From Candidatus Eiseniibacteriota bacterium (lineage in GTDB: Bacteria > Eisenbacteria > RBG-16-71-46), in contig CAVSAC010000010.1 of assembly GCA_963725865.1 (NCBI GenBank), forward strand, positions 416,001-480,000: 64,000 nt of DNA, in the 5' to 3' direction. Of this stretch, positions 50,826 through 59,206 are shown piece after piece; position 1 is the stretch's first letter, and each line of letters starts with the position of its first letter. A program made the translations under genes and the position numbers. The notes under the pieces are model-generated. The model was not told the DNA's origin and did not search any database. It was given only the letters and a program-made list of their open reading frames with translations.

Positions 50826-50844
50826 GCCGGCCGCGAGCTCGACC

Positions 50845-51885
50845 GTGGACCACCGCGCCGTCACGCTGCACCAGTTCGTGCTCCAGCAGGAGCGGCTGCA
50901 TCCCGGAGCGACCGGGGAGTTCACCGGCGTGCTCATCGACATCGCGCTCGCGGCCAAGCTGATCAACCGCGAGGTGGTGCGCGCCGGACTGGTCGACATC
51001 CTGGGCTACACCGGGAGCTCGAACGTCCACGGCGAGAAGGTGCAGAAGCTGGACCGCTTCGCCCACGAGACCATCTACCGCGTGCTGGGCTCGACCGGCC
51101 AGCTCGCGGTACTGGCCTCGGAGGAGGACGAGAACGTCATCCACGTGCCCGAGGACCAGCCGATCGGCAAGTACGTGGTGAACTTCGATCCGCTCGACGG
51201 GTCCTCGAACATCAACGCGAATGTGAACATCGGGACGATCTTCTCGATCCTCCCGCGCGTCACCAGCGGCGGGGGCGGGGCGCTGCGCGACTGCCTGCAG
51301 CCGGGCTCGCACCAGGTCTGCGCGGGATACGTGATGTACGGCTCGAGCACCATGCTGGTCTACACCACCGGCCAGGGCGTCCACGGATTCACGTACGAGC
51401 CGAGCGTGGGCGAGTTCCTGCTGTCGCATGCCGCGATCCGCACGCCGCGGCGTGGGCGCATCTACAGCGTGAACGAGGGCAACTACGTCCACTGGGACGA
51501 CGGCGTCAAGCGCTACGTCGACTGGCTCAAGGGCGACGACGCCGCGACCGGACGACCCTACAGCGCCCGCTACGTGGGCTCGCTGGTGGCGGACTTCCAC
51601 CGCAATCTGCTCTACGGCGGCATCTACCTGTATCCCGCCGACGGCAAGAGCGCGCGGGGCAAGCTGCGCGTGCTCTACGAGTGCGCGCCGCTCGCCTTCA
51701 TCGCCGAGCAGGCCGGAGGCGCCGCCAGCGACGGCCACCGCCGCATCATGGAGCTGGAGCCCGAGACGCTGCACGAGCGCACGCCGCTGTTCCTCGGCAG
51801 CTGCGAGGACGTTGCAGAGTGCGAGCGCTTCGTGCAGGGCCACCACCCGGCGATCACCCAGGACCGGCGCGCCCGGCACACCTAG
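50845..51885 (+). CDS. fbp: Fructose-1,6-bisphosphatase class 1
   Basis: NVHGEKVQKLD, ASEE, FDPLDGSSN, GTIFSI, RYVGSLVADFHR and GKLRVLYE. Confidence 0.95.
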   Translation: MDHRAVTLHQFVLQQERLHPGATGEFTGVLIDIALAAKLINREVVRAGLVDILGYTGSSNVHGEKVQKLDRFAHETIYRVLGSTGQLAVLASEEDENVIHVPEDQPIGKYVVNFDPLDGSSNINANVNIGTIFSILPRVTSGGGGALRDCLQPGSHQVCAGYVMYGSSTMLVYTTGQGVHGFTYEPSVGEFLLSHAAIRTPRRGRIYSVNEGNYVHWDDGVKRYVDWLKGDDAATGRPYSARYVGSLVADFHRNLLYGGIYLYPADGKSARGKLRVLYECAPLAFIAEQAGGAASDGHRRIMELEPETLHERTPLFLGSCEDVAECERFVQGHHPAITQDRRARHT

Positions 51886-51912
51886 CGGCCGCGGGCCTCC
51901 CGAGCGTTCGAG

Positions 51913-52368
51913 CTACTGGTCGCCCGGCGGCCACAGCGAGGCCACCCGCCAGCGGATCTCGTCCCGCACGTCGCGGAACACGCGCTCGGCCTCCTGCGCG
52001 CTCGCGCGCGACGGGTCGGGCAGCGGCCAGTGCACCTTCCGCACCAGCGGGCCGACCGCGGGGCACACCTCGTCGCTCTCGCCGCACAGCGTGACGACGG
52101 TGTCCGCCTGATCCCAGGGCACCTGGTCGAGCGGCTTGGAGTGCTGACCGCCGAGGTCGATATCCACCTCGGCCATGACGTGGATCGCCATTGGATGCAC
52201 CTTCCCGGGCCGGGTGCCGGCGCTCCACACCTCGACGCCGACCGGTGCCATGGTGCGCGCGAAGCCTTCGGCCATCTGACTGCGGGCGGCGTTGTGGAGG
52301 CAGATGAACACCACGCGCTGCGGCGGCGCCGTGATGAAGGCGGGTGGGCGGACAGGCGACTCGGACAT
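51913..52368 (-). CDS. arsC: Thioredoxin-coupled arsenate reductase / LMW-PTP family
   Basis: P-loop CLHNAAR-SQMAE, SAGT, the redox Cys pair TLCGESDEVCP and HWPLPDP. Confidence 0.82.
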   Translation of the reverse strand: MSESPVRPPAFITAPPQRVVFICLHNAARSQMAEGFARTMAPVGVEVWSAGTRPGKVHPMAIHVMAEVDIDLGGQHSKPLDQVPWDQADTVVTLCGESDEVCPAVGPLVRKVHWPLPDPSRASAQEAERVFRDVRDEIRWRVASLWPPGDQ

Positions 52369-52449
52369 CGAACCTCCGTGAGGGCCGGCGTGACGGCGCA
52401 CGACGCACTGTAGCGCATCGGCCCCCGCGCGCCGCAAGGCGCGACGCGA

Positions 52450-53259
52450 TCAGGCCAACACGCCCTGGCGGCGCAGCAGCTCCTGCATGAGCTTCGCGCT
52501 CCGCGCTGCCTGTCCGGCGTGGCAGTTGTTGAAGAACACGTAGGTCTGGCGCGACTGCCGCGCGAGCTCGGCGATGCGCGCGGTCCACTCGCCGAGTTCG
52601 CGCTCCGAGTAGTCGTAGTCGTAGCGGTCCCCCCCGCCGCGGCCCCACCAGTTGGCGGCGTTGCGGCCATGGAAGCGCACGTAGGAGGTGTCGGTGGTGC
52701 GCAGGGCGAGTGGAGGCATGAGGCCGGGCAGCGCGGGCTCGTCCACCGCGCAGTAGCCGATGCCGAGCCGGCCGAGCAGCTCGCCGAGCCCCGGGGCGGC
52801 CCACGAGTCGTGGCGGAACTCGGCGAACAGCGGGCCGTCCGGGAAGCGCTCGCGCAATGCCGCGAGGTGCGCCTCGTGCTCGCGCGTACGGCGGAACGCC
52901 CACGGGAACTGGGCCAGCAGCCCGTCGTACTTGCCGGCGGCCTGCAGGGGCGCGATCGCGGCGAGGAACTCGCGCACCTGCGACGCGTCGAGCGATCCCT
53001 CGTGCGTGAAGGACTGGTGGAGCTTCACCACGAACCGGAATCCGTCCGGGGTCTTGCGCTCCATCTGCTCGAGTACGCGCGGATGCGGGATGCGGTAATA
53101 GGTCGCGTTCACCTCGACCCCGTCGAAGTGCTCGGAGTAGTGGCGCAGGAAGTCGGCCGGCCGGGTCCCGGGCGGATAGAACGGTCCGACCCAGTCGGCG
53201 AACGAGTAGCCCGATGTGCCGATCAGCACGCCACCGGTCCCCACGGGCGCTGCCATCAT
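52450..53259 (-). CDS. DUF72 domain-containing protein (YecE-like)
   Basis: IGTSGYS..W.G.FYP, VEVNATYY, LAQFP, EFRH.SW, YVRFHGRN, YDYDYS and FFNN. ATGA overlap with dinB. Confidence 0.92.
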   Translation of the reverse strand: MMAAPVGTGGVLIGTSGYSFADWVGPFYPPGTRPADFLRHYSEHFDGVEVNATYYRIPHPRVLEQMERKTPDGFRFVVKLHQSFTHEGSLDASQVREFLAAIAPLQAAGKYDGLLAQFPWAFRRTREHEAHLAALRERFPDGPLFAEFRHDSWAAPGLGELLGRLGIGYCAVDEPALPGLMPPLALRTTDTSYVRFHGRNAANWWGRGGGDRYDYDYSERELGEWTARIAELARQSRQTYVFFNNCHAGQAARSAKLMQELLRRQGVLA

Positions 53260-54512
53260 CCCTCCCGCTGAGATCCGCCGTGGGGCGGACGCGTCGCGGC
53301 GCGCCGCGCCTGTTCGCGGGCGGCTCCAAACGGCACGTGCCCGAGGGTATGCCGATGCGTGAGCGAGCCGGCCGGGACCACCGCGGACTCTCCGAGGCGG
53401 TCGCGCACGCGATCGAGGGCTTCGAGCAGGCGGCGCGCGCGATCGTCGGTCTCGAACAGCTCCGACTGGGGTGCGTCGGGACGCTGCACCAGGCCCGCCA
53501 CGCTCACACCGATGAGGCGCACCGGCGTGCCCCGCCAGTTGGAGTGCAGCAGCGCGCGCGCGACCTCGAACACGCGAGCGCCGTCGTCGGTCACCGGAGT
53601 CAGCACCCGCTGCCGGGTGATGGTGCGGAACCGATGATCGCGCAGCTTGAGCGCCACCGTGGCGCCCAGGAACCCCTCGCCCCGCAGACGGCGCGCGACC
53701 TGATCCGAGAGTCGCAACAGCGTCCCTTCGAGGAACGCGGGGTCGTCGCAATCCTCGGGCAGCGTGACTTCGTGCCCCATCGACTTGGGATCGACTCCCT
53801 CGTGGTACGGCACCAGCGGCGTCGCGTCGTTTCCGTGCGCCGCCTCGCGCAGGTGCTCGCCCACCACGCCGAACTCCGAACGCAGGATCGGCAGTGGAGC
53901 GCGCGCCAGATCCCCGATGGTCGAGATCCCGAGCACGCGCAAGCGCTCCGCGAGCCGCGGCCCGACCCCCCACAGCTCCTGCACGTCCAACGGCCAGAAT
54001 CGGGTGCGGAACGCGGGAGCGTCGAGCACCGTGAGTCCGCGCGGCTTGGAGACTCCGGAGGCCATCTTGGCGATCAGCTTGTTGGGGCCCACGCCGATCG
54101 AGGCCGACAGCTGGAAGCGCGCCGTGATCTCGTCCTGGAGCACGCGCGCCAGCAGTTCCCCCTCGAGGAGGGAGTCGCGGCTGCCCGCCAGGCCCACGAA
54201 CGCCTCGTCGACGCTGAACGGCTCCACGTCGGGGGTGTGCTCGAGATAGAGCTCGAGCAAGCGCAGCGAGATCTCGACGTACTTCGAGGGATCGCCCTCG
54301 ACGCATTCCGCCTGGGGGCAGAGGCGCCGCGCCTCGGCGAGCGGCATGCCGGCGTGCACGCCGAACGGACGCGCCTCGTACGACGCCGCGGTGACGACGC
54401 CGCGCCGCTGAGGGTCGCCGCACACGATCACCGGCAGGCCGCGCAGGTGCGGATGGTGCGCCTGCTCGACCGATGCGAAGAAGGCATCCATGTCCACCAG
54501 CAGCAGGGTCAC
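53256..54512 (-). CDS. dinB: Y-family DNA polymerase IV
   Basis: VDMDAFFASVE, ASYEAR, SVDEAF, NKLIAKMAS..SKP and LWGVG. C-terminal QSELF clamp-binding-like motif. Confidence 0.95.
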   Translation of the reverse strand: MTLLLVDMDAFFASVEQAHHPHLRGLPVIVCGDPQRRGVVTAASYEARPFGVHAGMPLAEARRLCPQAECVEGDPSKYVEISLRLLELYLEHTPDVEPFSVDEAFVGLAGSRDSLLEGELLARVLQDEITARFQLSASIGVGPNKLIAKMASGVSKPRGLTVLDAPAFRTRFWPLDVQELWGVGPRLAERLRVLGISTIGDLARAPLPILRSEFGVVGEHLREAAHGNDATPLVPYHEGVDPKSMGHEVTLPEDCDDPAFLEGTLLRLSDQVARRLRGEGFLGATVALKLRDHRFRTITRQRVLTPVTDDGARVFEVARALLHSNWRGTPVRLIGVSVAGLVQRPDAPQSELFETDDRARRLLEALDRVRDRLGESAVVPAGSLTHRHTLGHVPFGAAREQARRAATRPPHGGSQREG

Positions 54513-54513
54513 G

Positions 54514-54774
54514 TCAGCCTCCGTCGCCTCCGCACCACACCCGGGTGAGGGTCCAGCTCGGACCGCGCGGGTCGTAGCACAGCTCGTAGCTCTCCTCCGC
54601 CGGACCGTCGACCGAGAAGCAGCGCAGCAAGGTCTGCCCATCGCGCCGCGTCCAGTGGCCGTTGACGCGCCGGATCGCCACGACGCTTCCCCGCCGGCGG
54701 AACCTGAGCGGGCGCATGGATCCATCGACGAACGCGGTCAGCACGTCGACCGGCTCGTGCAGGCTCTCGAACAT
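54514..54774 (-). CDS. Small (86 aa) protein upstream of dinB, DUF6504/ImuB-C-like
   Basis: MFESLHEPVDV...RPLRFRRRG...W...FSV...YELCYD....W. Ends 1 nt before the dinB GTG. Confidence 0.65.
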   Translation of the reverse strand: MFESLHEPVDVLTAFVDGSMRPLRFRRRGSVVAIRRVNGHWTRRDGQTLLRCFSVDGPAEESYELCYDPRGPSWTLTRVWCGGDGG

Positions 54775-54795
54775 GTCGTGATCGGCACCGCAGAC

Positions 54796-54824
54796 ACCGT
54801 ACTGCACATTCGTGCATCTCACAA
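54796..54824 (-). promoter_or_regulatory. Sigma70 promoter with a putative LexA (SOS) operator TGCAC-N4-GTGCA in its spacer
   Basis: TTGTGA (54824-54819), 17-nt spacer, TACGGT (54801-54796). Palindrome TGCACATTCGTGCA at 54803-54816. Confidence 0.72.
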
Positions 54825-54974
54825 GAGCGAAACCACGGGCCGCCGTGCTCACGCGTGCGATCAGCGGGATCGATGCCGCGGCGCGACGAAAGGATCGAGG
54901 AGCGTCTCCTGGCGCAACGCGCGGGGGCGGGCGCAACGCGCCCGCCCCCGGTGCACTTCCATTCGACCGTCAGA

Positions 54975-55943
54975 TCAACGATAGAGCGACTTCACACGCC
55001 CCCACGTCATCGTCTCGGTCGGCGTGACCGGGTCGCCGAACTTCTCGACGCGGCTGTTGTTCCGGTCCGCCACGAAGATGTGACCGAACGTGTCCGTGGT
55101 GACCCCCAGCGGGATGTTGAATTCGTCGTCGTTGAGGCCGGGGACGCCCCACTTGACCAGGAACGTGCCCGCACTCGAGAACTCCTGGATGCGATTGTTG
55201 GACTGATCGCAGACATAGATGTTCCCGCCATTGTCCACGTGCGGAGCACCCGGGTTCTGAAACTGCCCGTCGCCCGTTCCGGCGGAGCCGAACGCGAACA
55301 GGAACGCCCCCGTCGGGGAGAAGACCTGGATCCGGTTGTTGACCATGTCCGCCACGACCACGTTGCCCGAGGTCGGGTCCACCGCGACGCCGTACGGGAA
55401 CCGGAACTGCCCGGGGCCCGACCCGACAGTGCCCCACTTCATGATGAACGTGCCGTCGTTCGCGAACTTCTGCACCCGGTGATTGAAGTAGTCGGTGACG
55501 TAGACGTCGCCCGTGGTCTGATCGACCGCCACTCCGGTCGCCTTGCGGAAGAGGCCGTTGCCCGTCCCGGTGCCGCCGAACGCGTTGAACGCGATTCCAT
55601 CGGGACCCAGGACGTAGACCGCGTCGTCCACGCCGTCGGCGACGAAGACGTTGCCCGCAGCGTCGCAGGACAGCGCGGTCGGCTGGGTGATGTCGCCGTC
55701 CCCGCCGGACATGATGAACGCACCATTGGTGGAGAACTGCTGAATGCGGGCGCCGCCGAAGTCACCGACCCAGAGCTCACCGGTCGGCGCGCGGGTGATC
55801 CCCTGCGCGAACTGGAACTGCCCGTCCGCGGCCCCCAGCGACCCCCAGGTGGAAATGAAGATCGGCGGTGTCACGGCACTGGCCAACGAAGCGATCATCA
55901 ATGCGACTGCGGTCGCAATTCCAATTCGAGTGACCTTTTTCAT
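54975..55943 (-). CDS. Secreted NHL-repeat beta-propeller protein with a C-terminal TWGxxKxxY motif
   Basis: Signal peptide MKKVTRIG..., six NHL-like repeats (GQF..P.G.AVD..G.V.VAD..N.RIQ.F) and the ending TETMTWGRVKSLYR. Confidence 0.88.
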   Translation of the reverse strand: MKKVTRIGIATAVALMIASLASAVTPPIFISTWGSLGAADGQFQFAQGITRAPTGELWVGDFGGARIQQFSTNGAFIMSGGDGDITQPTALSCDAAGNVFVADGVDDAVYVLGPDGIAFNAFGGTGTGNGLFRKATGVAVDQTTGDVYVTDYFNHRVQKFANDGTFIMKWGTVGSGPGQFRFPYGVAVDPTSGNVVVADMVNNRIQVFSPTGAFLFAFGSAGTGDGQFQNPGAPHVDNGGNIYVCDQSNNRIQEFSSAGTFLVKWGVPGLNDDEFNIPLGVTTDTFGHIFVADRNNSRVEKFGDPVTPTETMTWGRVKSLYR

Positions 55944-56233
55944 GTCCTCGCCCTTTCCTGGATGTGAGCCCGACGGAGTCGCGTCGGACCAATGGCTGTG
56001 TTTGAGGAGCGGAGACTCGTCGGGACACGCTGATGTCCGATCCACCCTCCTTGCGTCATCCCGGCATGCGGCCGACAGCGGACGACGCTTCACCTCGGAG
56101 CGAATTCCCGGGATCGACGGGGGGCGCCAGTGTCCTGGCGCGAACGATACGGGTCTATCGGCTGGGGGGAGGTGACCTCATGTGCACCCTGCCGTGACGC
56201 TGTACGCTCCGAGAGAGTCACGACAACAACCAA

Positions 56234-56262
56234 ACCGTAGGCCTTCCGCCTGCACAGGTCAA
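56234..56262 (-). promoter_or_regulatory. Sigma70-type promoter about 290 nt upstream of the NHL gene
   Basis: TTGACC (56262-56257), 17-nt spacer, TACGGT (56239-56234). Confidence 0.5.
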
Positions 56263-56367
56263 CCGGCTTTCGACCGGCTCGTGCGCGAAGCGCACGTGTG
56301 CGGCTCGTTCCTCGACCGGCGCGGCATCCCGCGACGCTCGCCGGGCGCGACCGAGCGGGGAGCGCCC

Positions 56368-56396
56368 GGCGGCCGTCGCATCACGCGACGGCCGCC
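56368..56396 (-). terminator. Hairpin just downstream of ccmF
   Basis: GGCGGCCGTCGC-N5-GCGACGGCCGCC, a 12-bp perfect stem. Confidence 0.55.
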
Positions 56397-56408
56397 CAGC
56401 GCGACCGG

Positions 56409-58688
56409 TCAAGCCGCGGTGCGGCGCAGATCCAGGATGCGCCGCGTCATCGCCAGCAGGGCGCTGGCCACCATCAGGATCGCGCCCACCCACACGAAGT
56501 TGATGAGCGGCTTGGTACTCACCTCGACCGCCAGGATGCCACCCGGCGGCGCACCGGAGGAGACCCCCGGCAGCACGAGCGCCACTCGTCCACCCTCGTT
56601 GGGGTCGACGGCGGCGATCATGATCTGTCCGCCACCCGGCATGTAGTCGGCCGTCTGGCGCGGCTGTCCCGTGGCCATGTCCATCTCGTAGGTCGGCTTG
56701 AGCGGAACCGTGCGTCCGCTCAGCTCGGCCGTCACGCGCGCCACCAGACGCACCTTGCCATCGCCCATCTCGCGGTCGAAGTCCTCGAACGTGTACTTCA
56801 CCTGTCCGAGCTGCCGCGTCTCGCCCTTGCGGAACCAGGTGGCATTCGACGCGGGATCGTTGCCGACCAGGTCGAGCGGCGAGATGTACACGTCGTGCGA
56901 GAAGTAGCGCTCGATGTGCGGCTTCTTCATATAGCCCTGGTTGAACTCGCTCCAGTACATCGAGGGGCGCGCGCTGAACTTCGTGCGCTGGTCCTGGGTC
57001 GTCACCGCGATGACGGCGTGGTCCTTGCCGTCGGCGGCCTTGTCCATGCCCTTGAACGTCATCCAATAGCCGAGCGCCGCCCGCGGCTGGCCCTGCGGGA
57101 GCTGCACCTGCACGGCGTCGCCGTAGTTGGAGGACGCCACGACGCCGAGCAGCAGGACCGACGCGCCGGCGTGCGACAGGAAGGCGACCCCGTGCTTCCA
57201 GCCGGCACGGAACCCCTTCGTCGTGACCACGGCGTTCGACGCCAGTGCGAACGCCGCCGCGAACACCATCCCGGCCGGCAGGACGTCCCGGACACCGAGG
57301 ACGAAGCCCGTGATCACGGCCGCCAGCGCGATCAGCAGCGACGGGAGCACCGACCGCATCAGCGCGTTGGTCTCCTGCTGGCGCCAGCGCATGAGCGGCG
57401 CGATGCCGAGCAACAGGCACATCGCGATCCCGAGGGGCGCATTCACGAGGTTGTAGTAGGTGGTCTGAACGTTCGACGGCGGACCAAACAGCCGGGTGAT
57501 GAGCGGCGCGCTCATGCCCACCGCGGTCAGGGTGCACATCAGCATGAACGTGAGCTGGCCGAGCCACATCATCGACTCGCGCGAGAAGTTTCCGAGCGGC
57601 TGTGTGGGCTTCGGGATGTCGCGCAGACGCCAGAGCAGCGTGCCGTAGCCGACGACGATCGCCAGGAACAGGAACGACAGCAGGAATCCGTTCAGGCCGA
57701 GGTTCACGAACGAGTGCACCGAGAAGTCGGCGAGCACGCCGCTGCGGGTGAGGAACGACGCGTACAGCACCAGCACGTAGGACGTCACCGCGAGGAAGAA
57801 GTTCGTGCGCCGCAGGCTCCCGGTCACGCGCTGGACCAGCAGCCCGTGCAGCAGGGCGATGTTGGAGAGCCACGGGATGAGCGACCCGTTCTCGACCGGG
57901 TCCCAGCCCCAGTAGCCGCCCCACCCCAGCACCTTGTACGCCCACACGCCGCCCATGATGAAGCCGCACGAGAGGATCGCGGTCGAGAACACCACCCAGG
58001 GCATCACCGGCTTGAGCCAGCCGTCGTAGTCCCGCTTCACGAGACCCGCCATCGCGAGCGAGAACGGCAGCGCGAGCGACGAGAAGCCCGTGAACAGGAC
58101 CGGTGGATGGATGGTCATCCAGGGATCCTGCAGCAGCGGATTGAGCCCGTTGCCGTCCACCGGGATCTGGCCGGCCGCGAACGTGAGGAATGGCCCGCGC
58201 ATCACGCCCACGAGACCCAGCATCACGAGCGGCAGGTTCAGGAAGAACATCGCCGGGGTCGTGAGCGGGCTCCGGGTCCGCATGAGGAACAGCCCCAGCG
58301 TGGTCGTGATCAGCGCCCACAGCATGAACGTCCCCTCCTGCCCGCCCCAGAACGCCGCGTACACGTAGTGCGGCGGCATCGAGAGCGAGGAGTAGGACGC
58401 GACGTACTGGAAGCGGAACTGGTGGGTGAAGAGGATGTGCCAGAGGTAGACCGCCCCCGCCACGAGCGCCACCCACTGGATCCGGTACGCGACCCGCGCG
58501 GGGACCAGCGCCGACTGGCGACCCAGCGTCGCGGCGAGGTACGACAACGCCGCGACGACGCCGGCGAGGAATGCGATCCAGAGGAACGTCTGCCCGGTGT
58601 TGAGCAGGCCCGCCGCGCCGAGCGCGGCGGGGATCAGGAGGATGGGGAGTGCGGCGGCCAGGCCGAGCGTGACGGGCCGCCCCGTCAC
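56409..58688 (-). CDS. ccmF: Cytochrome c biogenesis heme lyase CcmF
   Basis: WGGQEG, GLNPLLQ..WM.IHPP, the WWD domain WGGYWGWDPVEN, LTRSG, SVHSF and KPLINFVW. Confidence 0.95.
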   Translation of the reverse strand: MTGRPVTLGLAAALPILLIPAALGAAGLLNTGQTFLWIAFLAGVVAALSYLAATLGRQSALVPARVAYRIQWVALVAGAVYLWHILFTHQFRFQYVASYSSLSMPPHYVYAAFWGGQEGTFMLWALITTTLGLFLMRTRSPLTTPAMFFLNLPLVMLGLVGVMRGPFLTFAAGQIPVDGNGLNPLLQDPWMTIHPPVLFTGFSSLALPFSLAMAGLVKRDYDGWLKPVMPWVVFSTAILSCGFIMGGVWAYKVLGWGGYWGWDPVENGSLIPWLSNIALLHGLLVQRVTGSLRRTNFFLAVTSYVLVLYASFLTRSGVLADFSVHSFVNLGLNGFLLSFLFLAIVVGYGTLLWRLRDIPKPTQPLGNFSRESMMWLGQLTFMLMCTLTAVGMSAPLITRLFGPPSNVQTTYYNLVNAPLGIAMCLLLGIAPLMRWRQQETNALMRSVLPSLLIALAAVITGFVLGVRDVLPAGMVFAAAFALASNAVVTTKGFRAGWKHGVAFLSHAGASVLLLGVVASSNYGDAVQVQLPQGQPRAALGYWMTFKGMDKAADGKDHAVIAVTTQDQRTKFSARPSMYWSEFNQGYMKKPHIERYFSHDVYISPLDLVGNDPASNATWFRKGETRQLGQVKYTFEDFDREMGDGKVRLVARVTAELSGRTVPLKPTYEMDMATGQPRQTADYMPGGGQIMIAAVDPNEGGRVALVLPGVSSGAPPGGILAVEVSTKPLINFVWVGAILMVASALLAMTRRILDLRRTAA

Positions 58689-59068
58689 GAGGTCTTTCCC
58701 TGCTCGGCCATCGCCTGGTACTTGGACGGGCACTTCACCAGCAGCTGGTCGGCCTCGAAGTGGTCGGCCTTGTACCGTCCGATCGCGACGATCGAGGTCG
58801 CCTGATCGAAGTTACCCGGTACCACGCCGCGATACACCACCTTGAGCACCTCCGAATTCGAGTCCTTGAGATTGAACTCGAGGAATTGCTCGTCCTTCTT
58901 CAGGACGTAGTTCTTGTCCGCCAGCGTTCCGTTGACCTGCACCATCCCCGAGGAGCGCCGGGCCTCCGCGAACGAAATGTAGGGAGTCACCGATTTCTTG
59001 AAGCTGGTCACGCCGATGGTCACGGCCACGACCAGCAACGCGAGCGCCACGATCGCCTTGGGATTCAT
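58685..59068 (-). CDS. ccmE: Heme chaperone CcmE, CxxxY variant
   Basis: N-terminal TM, OB-fold-like body and C-terminal LVKCPSKY. Confidence 0.92.
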   Translation of the reverse strand: MNPKAIVALALLVVAVTIGVTSFKKSVTPYISFAEARRSSGMVQVNGTLADKNYVLKKDEQFLEFNLKDSNSEVLKVVYRGVVPGNFDQATSIVAIGRYKADHFEADQLLVKCPSKYQAMAEQGKTS

Positions 59069-59187
59069 CGTCTCTCCAACTCTTTGATGCGCCGCTCGAG
59101 GCGCAGCACGTAGAAGAACAGCAGACCCCATACCAGCAGGGCCACGAGCAGTACCGCAGTATCGTCAGGTCCGAGCGGGAACTTCAG
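59065..59187 (-). CDS. ccmD: CcmD-like small membrane protein (40 aa, CTG start)
   Basis: Not in the ORF track. AAGGAGGT SD then CTG. Translates as (M)KFPLGPDDTAVLLVALLVWGLLFFYVLRLERRIKELERR. Lies between ccmC and ccmE with an ATGA overlap. Confidence 0.72.
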   Translation of the reverse strand: MKFPLGPDDTAVLLVALLVWGLLFFYVLRLERRIKELERR

Positions 59188-59206
59188 GGCAACCTCCTTC
59201 CGGCCG

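Noticed and set aside
51913..52368. arsC as part of the dinB cassette or of an arsenic-resistance island
   Set aside because: It is separated by about 80 nt with its own -10-like TACAGT and GGAGG SD, and no arsR, arsB or acr3 lies nearby.
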